DNA from: Candidatus Woesearchaeota archaeon
GTDB lineage: Archaea > Nanobdellota > Nanobdellia > Pacearchaeales > GW2011-AR1
DNA: 54,676 nt
Direction of reading: 5' to 3'
Assembly: GCA_964440825.1 (NCBI GenBank)
Contig: CAYYKU010000001.1
Coordinates: forward strand, 1-54,676
Shown: positions 17,640 to 26,193 of the stretch, piece after piece
How the letters are laid out: each line of letters opens with the position of its first letter
Position numbering within the stretch: the first letter of the stretch is position 1
Notes under the pieces: model-generated
The model's input: only the letters and a program-made list of their open reading frames with translations
Database searches by the model: none
What the model was told of the DNA's origin: nothing
Position numbers and translations under genes: made by a program

Positions 17640-17755
17640 CGATTGCAAATATTACTCCAGTTATTAAGACTATGGCGAAGAGTCCTAATAAGACATAAGC
17701 AATAGCGTCTATATATCCCATTCTAAACTAATACACTCTATGTTTAAATATCTTA

Positions 17756-18055
17756 CTACGTCTTCACGAATTGTTTAGCGATACTGAGTAAGTGCTTACC
17801 CTTCTCCGTCAGACTATAAGACACAATAACTCTTTTATTCTTAGGCTTATCAACGATAGTTTGTATAACCTCCAACTCTATAAGTTCGTAAAGTCTAATC
17901 GTTAAAGTCTTCTGACTTTTACAAAGATGTTTTAGCTCCAAGAATCTTCTATTACCTCTTTCTAATTCTTCGAGAATGTCTAAGGCATAAGGTTTAGCTA
18001 TGTCTTGCAGATACTTCCACCGTTTATCATTAATTGTAGTTAAGTTTCTCGCCAT
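17756..18055 (-). CDS. wHTH transcriptional regulator (HxlR/ArsR-like), transposon passenger
   Basis: 99 aa. YALDILEELERGNRRFLELKHLCKSQKTLTIRLYELIELEVIQ. Lies divergent from a 20-bp perfect palindrome. Confidence 0.6.
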   Translation of the reverse strand: MARNLTTINDKRWKYLQDIAKPYALDILEELERGNRRFLELKHLCKSQKTLTIRLYELIELEVIQTIVDKPKNKRVIVSYSLTEKGKHLLSIAKQFVKT

Positions 18056-18106
18056 AAAGCAAGTGTGTGTTAAGTATTAAATAGAGTTGTGCTACTTAGG
18101 GAAAGC

Positions 18107-18126
18107 AACTTTACTTAAGTAAAGTT
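18107..18126. promoter_or_regulatory. 20-bp perfect palindrome AACTTTACTTAAGTAAAGTT (putative operator)
   Basis: Located in the divergent intergenic region between the wHTH gene (17756..18055, minus) and the 18154 ORF (plus). Confidence 0.4.
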
Positions 18127-18153
18127 TATAAACTTGCAACTTGTTTTGTTAGT

Positions 18154-18318
18154 ATGTCAAAACAAGATAAAGAAGATATAGATTTTTATGGGAGTCATAA
18201 ACAAGGTCCTGTTCCGAAAAATATAACTATCTTAAGTGAAAGAACTCGAGATAAATATGGAATAAAAGTTTCTAAGCCAACGATGTTTGATGGGGTGGGT
18301 GAAGCTGATGAAGAATAA
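18154..18318 (+). CDS. small acidic hypothetical protein (54 aa)
   Basis: MSKQDKEDIDFYGSHKQGPVPKNITILSERTRDKYGIKVSKPTMFDGVGEADEE. Its stop overlaps the next gene's ATG region. Confidence 0.3.
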   Translation: MSKQDKEDIDFYGSHKQGPVPKNITILSERTRDKYGIKVSKPTMFDGVGEADEE

Positions 18319-18841
18319 ACAATCAACGTCATGGTTTAAACGATGGTGGGGATTAATACTATTTATCTTATTTATTATAGTCCTCATACGATTATGGATG
18401 GTAGGTTCACAGATTAATAGTTTAAATAACGACCCTACTAATTTACCATCTAGCACTTCTGAAGAAGCAAAAGAATATGTAAAAGCTAATTTAGAAGCGT
18501 ATGAATATACAGTCAGGTTTGTAGACAAAACGAATACAGAAAAAAGCATTAGGGCTTTAGTAAGTATGAATGTTTCTGGAGATAGAAATCTTCAAGTTAT
18601 TTACAGTGCACTTATTTTAAATTCTGCCCAATATTTTAATGACGCTACAGAGTATGGAATATATCTAGTATCCTCTGAACAGACTTGTAGTTACATTATA
18701 AGTGTATTACCTATAAGAGACTTTGTAAATGCTTATCATGGAAAGAACGTAATAGTAGATGGTGATGAATACGGTGTTGATGAAATTAGCTCGTATATTG
18801 TAGATGAAATAGAATCTTCCGAATATTGTTTTCAACCATAA
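18308..18841 (+). CDS. N-terminally membrane-anchored protein, unknown function
   Basis: I prefer the ATG at 18308 (MKNKQSTSWFKRWWGLILFILFIIVLIRLW...) over the TTG at 18287. A single N-terminal TM segment followed by a ~140-aa soluble domain. Confidence 0.5.
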   Translation: MKNKQSTSWFKRWWGLILFILFIIVLIRLWMVGSQINSLNNDPTNLPSSTSEEAKEYVKANLEAYEYTVRFVDKTNTEKSIRALVSMNVSGDRNLQVIYSALILNSAQYFNDATEYGIYLVSSEQTCSYIISVLPIRDFVNAYHGKNVIVDGDEYGVDEISSYIVDEIESSEYCFQP

Positions 18842-18953
18842 GTATTTGGCAGATTAAATAATTAAAAATAATTAAAATAAATTAAATTCTTACCTTTGAA
18901 AGTAAGAATTACGATTTTAGTTTAAAAAGGACATAATTTTATCCGAAACCCTT

Positions 18954-19106
18954 TTAATCTTGAGATGCTTTTCTTTTAGGTTTATCATAATAGGGACTTT
19001 TACATTTTGGACAAATTACAGGTTTCTCTTTTTTATTTCGAGGAACCCAGATATGATTACAACGTTCGCACTTGTACCCTTTTATTTTAATTTCAATTTC
19101 AGCCAT
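18954..19106 (-). CDS. zinc-ribbon protein (50 aa)
   Basis: MAEIEIKIKGYKCERCNHIWVPRNKKEKPVICPKCKSPYYDKPKRKASQD. CxxC-x17-CxxC. Below the track cutoff. Confidence 0.45.
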   Translation of the reverse strand: MAEIEIKIKGYKCERCNHIWVPRNKKEKPVICPKCKSPYYDKPKRKASQD

Positions 19107-19386
19107 ATGAACAAACCAATAGTATAGTAAATAAGAGATTCGGTATTATTTAAATCTTACTTGCATAGGTGACACCTATCAAAACTATACTGCCGAAATG
19201 TTTATAAAGCATACTTACCCAGCTAAGTATAACCTACATAGGTAAGAAAAACAATGAGCAACGACGATAAAGATTATACGCTAGTGAATGTGAAAGAAGC
19301 TACAAACTTTGATAAAAAGGTTGTAAAGAAAGATAAACAAATAATTGAAACTCATACAACAACTAAAATTGTAGTTAAAACATATA

Positions 19387-20382
19387 TTGAAGATGAATAC
19401 TAAATTAAAGAAACGGAAGACATATCCACAACAATGGGTTCAATACAATGAAGCCCAAACAAAAGAAAAACTTTTATTTTATAAGTTATTTGATGAATTG
19501 ATAAATATTATTCCTGAAACAAAATATATATTTGGCAGACCGAATAAACCCATTCGGGATATGATGTTTTGTTGTATTATTAAAATATATTCTAATACTT
19601 CTTCGAGAAGAACTATATCTGATTTAGAACTAGCTAAAAAAGCAGGATACATAAATAATGTTCCACATTTTAATACGCTTCTAAATTATTTTAACAATAC
19701 ATCTATTGAAACACTTTTAAAATATTTAATTACCGTTTCTGCTCTACCCTTGAGACATATAGAAGAAACGTTTGCTATAGATGCGAGTGGTTTCGGAAAT
19801 AGAAAGTTTGACCGATGGGTTCAAGATAAATATAGAGTTAAACTCCCAAATCAAGGTAAATATGTAAAAGCTCACGTAACTTGTGGAGTTAAAACTAATA
19901 TCGTTTGTTCTGCAGAGATAACAGAAGGACAAGTTCATGATAATACCCAATTCAAATCTTTAGTTACTGATACTTCTAAAAATTTTAAAATTGTTGAATT
20001 GGTAGCAGATAAAGGATATTCTTCTAGAGAAAATATGAATATTGTAGATGATTTAGGAGCCGTTCCTTATATTCCTTTTAAATCTAATACTACCGGACAA
20101 CCAAAGAGTTCACCAACATGGGCTAGAATGTTTAAATTATTTAGTTACAATTATGAAGAGTTTGCTAAACATTACCATAAGAGGTCTAATGTTGAATCCA
20201 CTTTTTCAATGATAAAAGCTAAGTTTGGTGGATTCTGTAGAAGTAAATATTTTCAAGGACAAAAAAATGAAGTTCTTTGTAAAATACTTTCACATAATAT
20301 AACTTGTTTAATACATGAAATTTTCGAACTTAAAATTGATTGCGATTTCGAAGAATGTTCAAAAATCATTTCTGCACAATAA
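19387..20382 (+). CDS. DDE transposase, IS4/IS5 superfamily
   Basis: 331 aa (a first ATG is at 19393). FAIDASGFG (D), VADKGYSSREN (D), YHKRSNVESTFSMIKAKFG (E). Confidence 0.85.
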   Translation: MKMNTKLKKRKTYPQQWVQYNEAQTKEKLLFYKLFDELINIIPETKYIFGRPNKPIRDMMFCCIIKIYSNTSSRRTISDLELAKKAGYINNVPHFNTLLNYFNNTSIETLLKYLITVSALPLRHIEETFAIDASGFGNRKFDRWVQDKYRVKLPNQGKYVKAHVTCGVKTNIVCSAEITEGQVHDNTQFKSLVTDTSKNFKIVELVADKGYSSRENMNIVDDLGAVPYIPFKSNTTGQPKSSPTWARMFKLFSYNYEEFAKHYHKRSNVESTFSMIKAKFGGFCRSKYFQGQKNEVLCKILSHNITCLIHEIFELKIDCDFEECSKIISAQ

Positions 20383-20387
20383 GTGGT

Positions 20388-20705
20388 CTACATTTTATGC
20401 AAAGCCGGTTCAAGCTTCAATTCTCTTTCATATTCTGCCATAATCTCTGCATGTACTTTAGAAATAATATTTTTATTGAAGTCAATATAATTTACAACTG
20501 TTCTAGCGAGAAGTTCTTCTCTTAGTTTGTTATCAGTCCAATTAATAGAGTTAGAAAGAATTAAACCATGTACAATTAAGCTGTCTTCAAGTCCTTTTCC
20601 TTTAATCGTGAGTGTGGTAATTTCATTTGGTTTATCTATTATAACTGCATAGTCATAGAAGTTCCCTTCATGTTCTGCTTGTCCATTATATGTATGTCTA
20701 TTCAT
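20388..20705 (-). CDS. hypothetical protein whose last codons were replaced by the transposon end
   Basis: 105 aa. The reading frame crosses the right TSD into the element (..ELKLEP|ALHKM*). Removing the element restores ..ELKLEPKAL*. Confidence 0.5.
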   Translation of the reverse strand: MNRHTYNGQAEHEGNFYDYAVIIDKPNEITTLTIKGKGLEDSLIVHGLILSNSINWTDNKLREELLARTVVNYIDFNKNIISKVHAEIMAEYERELKLEPALHKM

Positions 20706-20756
20706 CTTAAAAAATGCTATTTTTACTATTTAAACATTTATATGTTTTATTTAATA

Positions 20757-20782
20757 TAGGGAGGGGAGGACTCGACGCCTCC
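20757..20782 (-). pseudogene. tRNA 3'-end-like remnant (T-arm plus acceptor-like)
   Basis: The minus strand reads GGAGGCGTCGAGTCCTCCCCTCCCTA; compare GGGGGTTCGAATCCTCCCTCCCACA at the end of tRNA-Leu(TAA). It has an 8-nt 'T-loop' and no matching 5' acceptor strand. Confidence 0.25.
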
Positions 20783-20832
20783 ACAGAGGTGATCTCTTTG
20801 GGAAACCCAGGGGCGAGAGTAATAAATATAAC

Positions 20833-20915
20833 TGGGGAGAGGAGGACTCGAACCCCCGTAAGCGTAAGCTACAACGGCCTTAACGTTGCCCGTTTGACCA
20901 CTCCGGCATCTCCCC
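20833..20915 (-). tRNA. tRNA-Leu (type II, long variable arm); anticodon loop UUAAGGC, which reads as anticodon AAG
   Basis: The minus strand GGGGAGATGCCGGAGTGGTCAAACGGGCAACGTTAAGGCCGTTGTAGCTTACGCTTACGGGGGTTCGAGTCCTCCTCTCCCCA folds by hand into a cloverleaf. Acceptor GGGGAGA/TCTCCCC, anticodon stem CAACG/CGTTG, variable arm AGC-TTAC-GCT. No encoded CCA. Confidence 0.8.
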
Positions 20916-20996
20916 AGAATAAATATTAAAGCTAAACAAGACTATAAAAAACTATTGAAGTGAGACAAACAAACACTTGTTTAAAATATAAACAAA

Positions 20997-21200
20997 TTAA
21001 TATTTTTTCCAAAAAGGATAGCTATCCTTTGTCTCTATTTGTGATTCAGATGGAAAGTTTCTTCCTCTTTCAATTGCTTCTTCACTCAAAATTTCCGCAT
21101 GCATTTGCTCTTCTATTGTCCCACTAGGATCCCTAGTTAACACATCTCCAAATGCTCTTTGTAATTTAATTGCGTTCCTCCAAGATGAATAAGTTAGCAT
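20997..21200 (-). CDS. small hypothetical protein
   Basis: 67-aa ORF directly downstream of rpoD on the same strand. No family recognised. Confidence 0.35.
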   Translation of the reverse strand: MLTYSSWRNAIKLQRAFGDVLTRDPSGTIEEQMHAEILSEEAIERGRNFPSESQIETKDSYPFWKKY

Positions 21201-21213
21201 ATTTTATTTAGAA

Positions 21214-21924
21214 CTATTTTAAAGCTTTAGCAACTTCATCTAAATTCTTGTTAAGTGCTTTTACAGCTCCTTCAAAAATTTCTTCAGCAGATATTTGGCC
21301 ATAAGATTCAATTGTATAAACAATCTCCTCTGTAGGTGTAACTTTGATTCCTTCAAACTCTTTTAAATCTTGAACATCTAAATCAAATTTCCATTCATTT
21401 TTTACGGTTAATTTTCCTGCTTCAAAAGAAAATACATCTGGATAGATTGTTGCAAGTTCTTGTCTTTTTTCTGCATCCTTTGCAATGTCTATTTTACTTA
21501 AGATCTTATAGAAAACCAAACCTGGAGAATATTTTGAATGTTCAACTCCTTTTCCTTGTTTAGCTTTAGCAACAACAGTAACTTCTTGATTCTTATCAAC
21601 AATTGTCAAAGGTATATCTTTGATAACGGAATCTTCTCCAAATTCCCCAGAAAGAACTTCATTTCTCTTACCATCTGCTTTAACACTTAATTTCATTTCT
21701 ACAAATTCGCCTTCTTTAACTTTTCTGTTTTTCAAAGGAATTAAAGCCATTCTATGTGCAAGGACTTCATCATATAATGCAGAATCATTTTTGTAAATGT
21801 CTACTTCATCAATAGCCAAAATTGGAATTTCACTAGCACTTCTTCTCAATGCATTTGCTAATGTTAAATTCATATCGGAAAGGAATACTACCTTTTCATC
21901 TGTTTTGATTATTTTTTTTATCAT
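21214..21924 (-). CDS. rpoD: DNA-directed RNA polymerase subunit D (Rpo3)
   Basis: 236 aa. LTLANALRRSASEIPILAIDEVDIYKNDSALYDEVLAHRMALIPLK. Conserved position after S11. Confidence 0.9.
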   Translation of the reverse strand: MIKKIIKTDEKVVFLSDMNLTLANALRRSASEIPILAIDEVDIYKNDSALYDEVLAHRMALIPLKNRKVKEGEFVEMKLSVKADGKRNEVLSGEFGEDSVIKDIPLTIVDKNQEVTVVAKAKQGKGVEHSKYSPGLVFYKILSKIDIAKDAEKRQELATIYPDVFSFEAGKLTVKNEWKFDLDVQDLKEFEGIKVTPTEEIVYTIESYGQISAEEIFEGAVKALNKNLDEVAKALK

Positions 21925-21948
21925 GTTGTTTTATACAAAAGTTTATTT

Positions 21949-22335
21949 TTAAACTCTTCTTCCTCTTCTTCCGCCACCTTTCTTAGGTCCTCCACGAGGA
22001 ACTCTTGTTATGTCTGCAATACTTATGATTTTGAATCCTTCTTTAGATAATGTTTTTACTAAAGCATGTGCTCCTGGGCCAGGACCAGTACTTGTTGTTT
22101 GTCCTCTTACTCTAACATACAAAGATGTTATTTCATAGTCTTTAGCAACTTCTTTTATTCTTTTTGCAATAAACATAGCAATTGTCGGGTTTGCCTTAAG
22201 TCTATCTTGTTTTGTAATAATTCCGCCAGAGATTTTCATTATTGTATTCCCTGCTAAGTCTGTTAATTGTGCAACAGTATTATTGAATGTGCTGTATACA
22301 TTCACTATTCCTGTTTTTGTTGTATCTTTTGCCAT
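21949..22335 (-). CDS. rps11: 30S ribosomal protein uS11
   Basis: 128 aa. GIVNVYSTFNNT...RVRGQTTSTGPGPGAHALVKTL...DITRVPRGGPKKGGGRRGRRV. Confidence 0.95.
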   Translation of the reverse strand: MAKDTTKTGIVNVYSTFNNTVAQLTDLAGNTIMKISGGIITKQDRLKANPTIAMFIAKRIKEVAKDYEITSLYVRVRGQTTSTGPGPGAHALVKTLSKEGFKIISIADITRVPRGGPKKGGGRRGRRV

Positions 22336-22342
22336 TTTTTAT

Positions 22343-22804
22343 TTATGCTTTTCTCTCCTTTAAAGATATTTTGTTTTCTAAGTTTTTAGATACATTAAAG
22401 GAAGGAATATTAACAATTCTTCCATTAACAATAACATTTTTATGTGTAATTAATTGTCTTGCTTCTAAGATTGTTTTTGCAAAACCTTTCTTAAATACAA
22501 AAGTTTGTAATCTTCTTTCTAAGACTGCTTCAGGTGTCAAAGCTAGTACATCTGAGGTAACTTTTACATCTAATCCTATATTTTGTAGTCTGTTGAAGAA
22601 TTCTTTACTTTCCTGTCCATTATTTGAAATTAACTTCTTAGCTCTTGTTCTAAATGCAGAAACTTTAGCAGTTGCTTTCCAGATTTCTGTTTTACTCTTT
22701 AAACCATATTGTTTTTGAATCTTGTTATCATTTTCAATTCTTGAAACTTCAAACATCTTCTTAGGTCTTGAATACAAATTATGTTTTCTTCTTATATCTC
22801 CCAT
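22343..22804 (-). CDS. rps4: 30S ribosomal protein uS4
   Basis: 153 aa. [15 protein letters not shown]...[11 protein letters not shown]...[38 protein letters not shown] (S4 domain). Confidence 0.95.
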   Translation of the reverse strand: MGDIRRKHNLYSRPKKMFEVSRIENDNKIQKQYGLKSKTEIWKATAKVSAFRTRAKKLISNNGQESKEFFNRLQNIGLDVKVTSDVLALTPEAVLERRLQTFVFKKGFAKTILEARQLITHKNVIVNGRIVNIPSFNVSKNLENKISLKERKA

Positions 22805-23361
22805 TATTTCTTTCCTCCAGCCATAGCTGCTGCATTCATTTTAGCTTTGTTATCTGAAGGTGTTTTGCTCATACCGCTCTTCTTCTTATTCTTTCTGAAG
22901 TGTGACTTTGTTCTCTGACCTCTTACTGGTTGTCCTAAAGTATGTCTAACTCCCTTATACGCTTTTATTTTCTTTAATCTCTTAATATCAAAATCAACTT
23001 GTAAATTTAAATCAGCACCACATACATGTTTATCAACACCTTCGTCTCGGTCATTTCGTCTGTTAAATAAGAATCCTGGAACTCCCTTTGGTTCAGAAAT
23101 AAAATTCTCAATTTTTTGAATTTCTTCGGGTGTTAAATCTTGGATTTTCTTATTTCTATCAATCCCTGTTAACATACAAACTGCATTTGAAAAAATCCAG
23201 GAAACCCCTTTAATGTCACAGATACCTCTATGGAGTTTCTTATTTCCCCTAATGTCTTTTTGTAAAATTCTAACTAACTTCACATATTCTTCTTGTTTAA
23301 TATGTGGATTAACTTTCTTTACTTTCTCTTGTTCTTTTGCTATTTGTTTTTCTTCGCTCAT
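22804..23361 (-). CDS. rps13: 30S ribosomal protein uS13
   Basis: 185 aa. [25 protein letters not shown]...[22 protein letters not shown]. Confidence 0.95.
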   Translation of the reverse strand: MSEEKQIAKEQEKVKKVNPHIKQEEYVKLVRILQKDIRGNKKLHRGICDIKGVSWIFSNAVCMLTGIDRNKKIQDLTPEEIQKIENFISEPKGVPGFLFNRRNDRDEGVDKHVCGADLNLQVDFDIKRLKKIKAYKGVRHTLGQPVRGQRTKSHFRKNKKKSGMSKTPSDNKAKMNAAAMAGGKK

Positions 23362-23894
23362 CTTATGAATAAATTGTGTCTCTGGATTTCTGTCAATTCC
23401 TCAAAAATTCTCTTTTCTATTGCTTTTTGAGGGTCTGGAAGTCCGGAAACTCTTGTTTTAATTTCGCTCATTGACTCGAAAGGTTTTTTGTCTCTCTCGT
23501 CGAGGATTGCTTGACAATGTTTTTTCCCAAAACCTGGAAGTAATTCAAACTGGTGAAGACGGGTATTTATAGCTTGTGCTTTATTAAAAAATTCAACAAA
23601 TTGTTGTTCTTTTTCTTTAACCGCTTTTGAGATAAAATCAGTAAGTTGCATTTTTGCACTTTCTGTTAACTTTTCTCTCAATAATCTTCCTTGAATGAAT
23701 TGGATTTTATCTCGTTTTCCTTCTCCGATATAAACTTCTTCAGCTTGTTGGAAATTTTCTCCTTTTCTTGGAGCTAATTGTAATAATGTGAAGTTATTCT
23801 TTCCTATTGCTTGAACAACTGGCATAGTCCTTCCTTCTAATGGATATCCATAAGGTAGGTAATCTAATACGACTGCAATTTCTTCCTTTTCCAT
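23358..23894 (-). CDS. DUF655/COG1491 predicted RNA-binding protein (OB fold plus HhH)
   Basis: 178 aa. N-terminal VVLDYLPYGYP, C-terminal helix-hairpin-helix LLPGFGKKHCQAILDER. Usual archaeal neighbourhood with Rpo4 and eL21. Confidence 0.75.
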   Translation of the reverse strand: MEKEEIAVVLDYLPYGYPLEGRTMPVVQAIGKNNFTLLQLAPRKGENFQQAEEVYIGEGKRDKIQFIQGRLLREKLTESAKMQLTDFISKAVKEKEQQFVEFFNKAQAINTRLHQFELLPGFGKKHCQAILDERDKKPFESMSEIKTRVSGLPDPQKAIEKRIFEELTEIQRHNLFIR

Positions 23895-23895
23895 T

Positions 23896-24195
23896 TTAAT
23901 ATTTTTTCACAATGTCTAATATCTTTGTGATTTCTTCTTGGTCTAAAGATACGTCAGGCAGTATTTTAATTAGGTCAGCAGCATCTTGTGGTAAAAAGTT
24001 AACAATACTCACTATAGATTCTTCTTTTAATTTCATTAAATCTAATCCTGCTAATTCTTCAGATAATTTTTTTGCATCAACAGATTTTAATTTATAGAAT
24101 TGTTTAATAAAATCTTTAACTTTCTTTGCTTTTTCTCCTTCTCCAACTAAATCTAAAACTTCTGCATATGTTAATGGTTTTTGGTCTTTTATCAT
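23896..24195 (-). CDS. rpoF: DNA-directed RNA polymerase subunit F (Rpo4)
   Basis: 99 aa. LTYAEVLDLV...FIKQFYKLKSVDAKKLSEELAGLDLMKLKEESIVSIVNFLPQDAADLIKIL. Lies between eL21 and DUF655 as in many archaea. Confidence 0.75.
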   Translation of the reverse strand: MIKDQKPLTYAEVLDLVGEGEKAKKVKDFIKQFYKLKSVDAKKLSEELAGLDLMKLKEESIVSIVNFLPQDAADLIKILPDVSLDQEEITKILDIVKKY

Positions 24196-24446
24196 TTTAT
24201 TTTTTTTAAGTGTATTGGGTGAATTATAAATTGTTTTCTTAAGTTTCCATCCATAATTTCAACTATTTTTGAATTTCCTCTAGTTGCTATTATTTTTGCA
24301 GTTCTCCCGACTACTCTTTGGGGGAAAGAAGAAGGAATGCTTGCTTCATTAATTATTGCAACACTATCTCCTATTTTTAATTCTTTAAAGTATTCACTAA
24401 GTTGGATTTTTCCTCTTTGTCTAACGTTTTTTACTATTTGTGCCAT
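24192..24446 (-). CDS. rpl21e: 50S ribosomal protein eL21 (L21e)
   Basis: 84 aa. GDSVAIINEASIPSSFPQRVVGRTAKII...HPIHLKKI. Confidence 0.85.
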   Translation of the reverse strand: MAQIVKNVRQRGKIQLSEYFKELKIGDSVAIINEASIPSSFPQRVVGRTAKIIATRGNSKIVEIMDGNLRKQFIIHPIHLKKIK

Positions 24447-24449
24447 TTT

Positions 24450-24767
24450 TTATTTTCTATCTATTTTATGTTGTATCTCTTTGAACATTTTTTCCATTAC
24501 AAGATCAATTGCAACGAAGGGATTTATATCTTGCTGATCGGATATTACTGCGCCTTGTGCGTATTCTATACGTCCTTTAATTTCAAAGTTATTCACCTTG
24601 ATTTTAGAGTGCGCTCTCATTTCAAGTTTTATTTGTTTAATCTCAGTAATTTTTTTTATTTTCTGAGCGTATTTTTCAACTATTTTCCTAGCGACAAGAA
24701 TTTCTTCTTTATCGAGGGAATCAAACTTCTCAAATAAAATTTGATTGATATTTGAGTCTGCTTTCAT
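24450..24767 (-). CDS. HPF/RaiA (S30AE)-like ribosome-associated protein (tentative)
   Basis: 105 aa. The C-terminal GAVISDQQDINPFVAIDLVMEKMFKEIQHKIDRK resembles the ..E(D)MY.AID....KLERQL.K.K block of bacterial hibernation factors. Size and predicted beta-alpha-beta-beta-beta-alpha spacing fit. By eye only. Confidence 0.4.
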   Translation of the reverse strand: MKADSNINQILFEKFDSLDKEEILVARKIVEKYAQKIKKITEIKQIKLEMRAHSKIKVNNFEIKGRIEYAQGAVISDQQDINPFVAIDLVMEKMFKEIQHKIDRK

Positions 24768-24894
24768 TATAATCTGACAAAATAATCATTTTTAAATCTT
24801 CCTACCGTAAGAAATTCTTAAATTTCTTAAGTTTAGTATAGAAGAAATAAAATTAGCTCCGTATACCTCTCTTTTTTGAGAAATATTATAAAAT

Positions 24895-25080
24895 TTAATG
24901 AGACTCGCTGACTCTTCCAAGTTCCATATTGCCTTTGGACATCTCATTATTAGTGCCCTCAACAATTGCTTTGAACATTTTTTCTCCCCATACGGCTCTT
25001 CCGCATCGGTCACAAACATCCATAGCTCTCTCGTCAGGAACATCGCCCTTGCAATATACACAACACTTTTTAGCTACCAT
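24895..25080 (-). CDS. small zinc-ribbon protein
   Basis: MVAKKCCVYCKGDVPDERAMDVCDRCGRAVWGEKMFKAIVEG... (CxxC-x10-CxxC). I prefer the ATG at 25080 over the track start at 25104. Confidence 0.5.
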   Translation of the reverse strand: MVAKKCCVYCKGDVPDERAMDVCDRCGRAVWGEKMFKAIVEGTNNEMSKGNMELGRVSESH

Positions 25081-25189
25081 TTTACCTCTATTATTAATTA
25101 TCAATTTCTATAAATTTCTCTTTTTAAATACTTCTATTCTCGTGAATACATTTCCAAAGATTTAAAAAGAAAGAAAGAATTTTAATAAT

Positions 25190-26050
25190 ATGAAAAAAGA
25201 GACGGGTTTAGTAGTGGTTTTGGCATTTGTTTTGCTAGGTTTTAATTTTATTTCTGCGGCAACCACTGAATGCAATCCAGCTGTTCAACTTCTAAGCCAA
25301 GATCCTTATCCTGCAATTCCCGGAGATTATGTTAAATTAGTATTCCAAATCGAAGGCATCTCGGATTCTGTTTGTGGAGATATTTCTTTCGAACTTTTAA
25401 ATAAATATCCTCTTGTTTTTGATCCAAATCAAGAAAGTAAGGTTTCTCTTAAAGCAGGTACTTTTGTAAAAGATTATTCCACTCATAAAATAGTTGCATA
25501 TAAAGTTAGAGTTGACCAAGATGCAGTTGATGGAGATAATCCTATCGAAGTTCTATTAACTAAGGGAACCTCTGCAGGTATTGAATCCAAACAATTTAAT
25601 CTATTTGTTGAAGATACAAGAGCAGATTTTGAGGTTTATGTAAAGGATCTAAGTTTCACTACAAATTTTATTACTTTAGAAGTTTTAAACATTGCAAAAG
25701 TAGATGTTAAATCTATTGCTGTAGAATTATTAGACTATCCTACTTTAGTTGTAAAAGGCGCAAAGACAAAAATTATTGGGGACTTGGATTCAAATGAATA
25801 TACTTCTGCAGAATTCGAGATAAAGCCTGTAGAGACAGTCATTCCTCTTAGAATATCTTACACAGATAATGCTGGTTTTAGAAGATCTATCGATAAAAAT
25901 GTTACCTTATTTCCTTCACTTTTCCAAGAGAGAAAAGCAGACGAGAAGACTACTCCCTTAACAACATATATTGTTTTAGCAATTATTGTAATCGGGATTG
26001 GCTACTGGTTATATAAAAGGAAAAAGAATAAAGAAGCAAAGAGAAGATAA
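25190..26050 (+). CDS. secreted, C-terminally anchored COG1361-type (S-layer-domain/CARDB-like) protein
   Basis: 286 aa. Signal peptide, LLSQDPYPAIPGDYVKLVFQIEG, two beta-rich modules, a C-terminal TM and a KRKKNKEAKRR tail. This kind of protein is commonly adjacent to FtsX-type ABC permeases in archaea. Confidence 0.6.
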   Translation: MKKETGLVVVLAFVLLGFNFISAATTECNPAVQLLSQDPYPAIPGDYVKLVFQIEGISDSVCGDISFELLNKYPLVFDPNQESKVSLKAGTFVKDYSTHKIVAYKVRVDQDAVDGDNPIEVLLTKGTSAGIESKQFNLFVEDTRADFEVYVKDLSFTTNFITLEVLNIAKVDVKSIAVELLDYPTLVVKGAKTKIIGDLDSNEYTSAEFEIKPVETVIPLRISYTDNAGFRRSIDKNVTLFPSLFQERKADEKTTPLTTYIVLAIIVIGIGYWLYKRKKNKEAKRR

Positions 26051-26193
26051 TTTATTGTCACTAAACATCTATTAAATCTTAATTTATTTCTGCTATTTAA
26101 TAAATCTGTTCTGTATTTTATTAGCCTAATTAATTAGAATTGGCTTCAGGAACCTATTCATCTCTTCGCTGATTAGGATTGTGAATAATATAT

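Larger units (their letters stand above)
17407..20406 (+). mobile_element. 3000-bp DDE transposon (IS4/IS5-superfamily transposase plus passenger genes)
   Basis: A 9-bp direct repeat GGTTCAAGC (17398-17406 and 20407-20415) directly abuts inverted termini GGCTTTGCA (17407-17415) and TGCAAAGCC (20398-20406). The transposase gene ends 24 nt from the right terminus. Subterminal 19-nt direct repeat TCATTTCTGCACAATAAGT at 17423-17441 and 20366-20384. Confidence 0.75.

Noticed and set aside
20714-20929. 71-aa ORF over the tRNA-Leu region, and likewise 41264..41497 over tRNA-Leu(TAA)
   Set aside because: The tRNA cloverleaves fully explain them. The GC-rich tRNA sequence simply lacks stop codons.
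24792-25061. 89-aa minus-strand ORF overlapping the zinc-ribbon ORF in another frame
   Set aside because: The alternative frame (24895..25080) gives a clean CxxC...CxxC zinc-ribbon protein with a sensible start. The 89-aa frame has no recognisable features.
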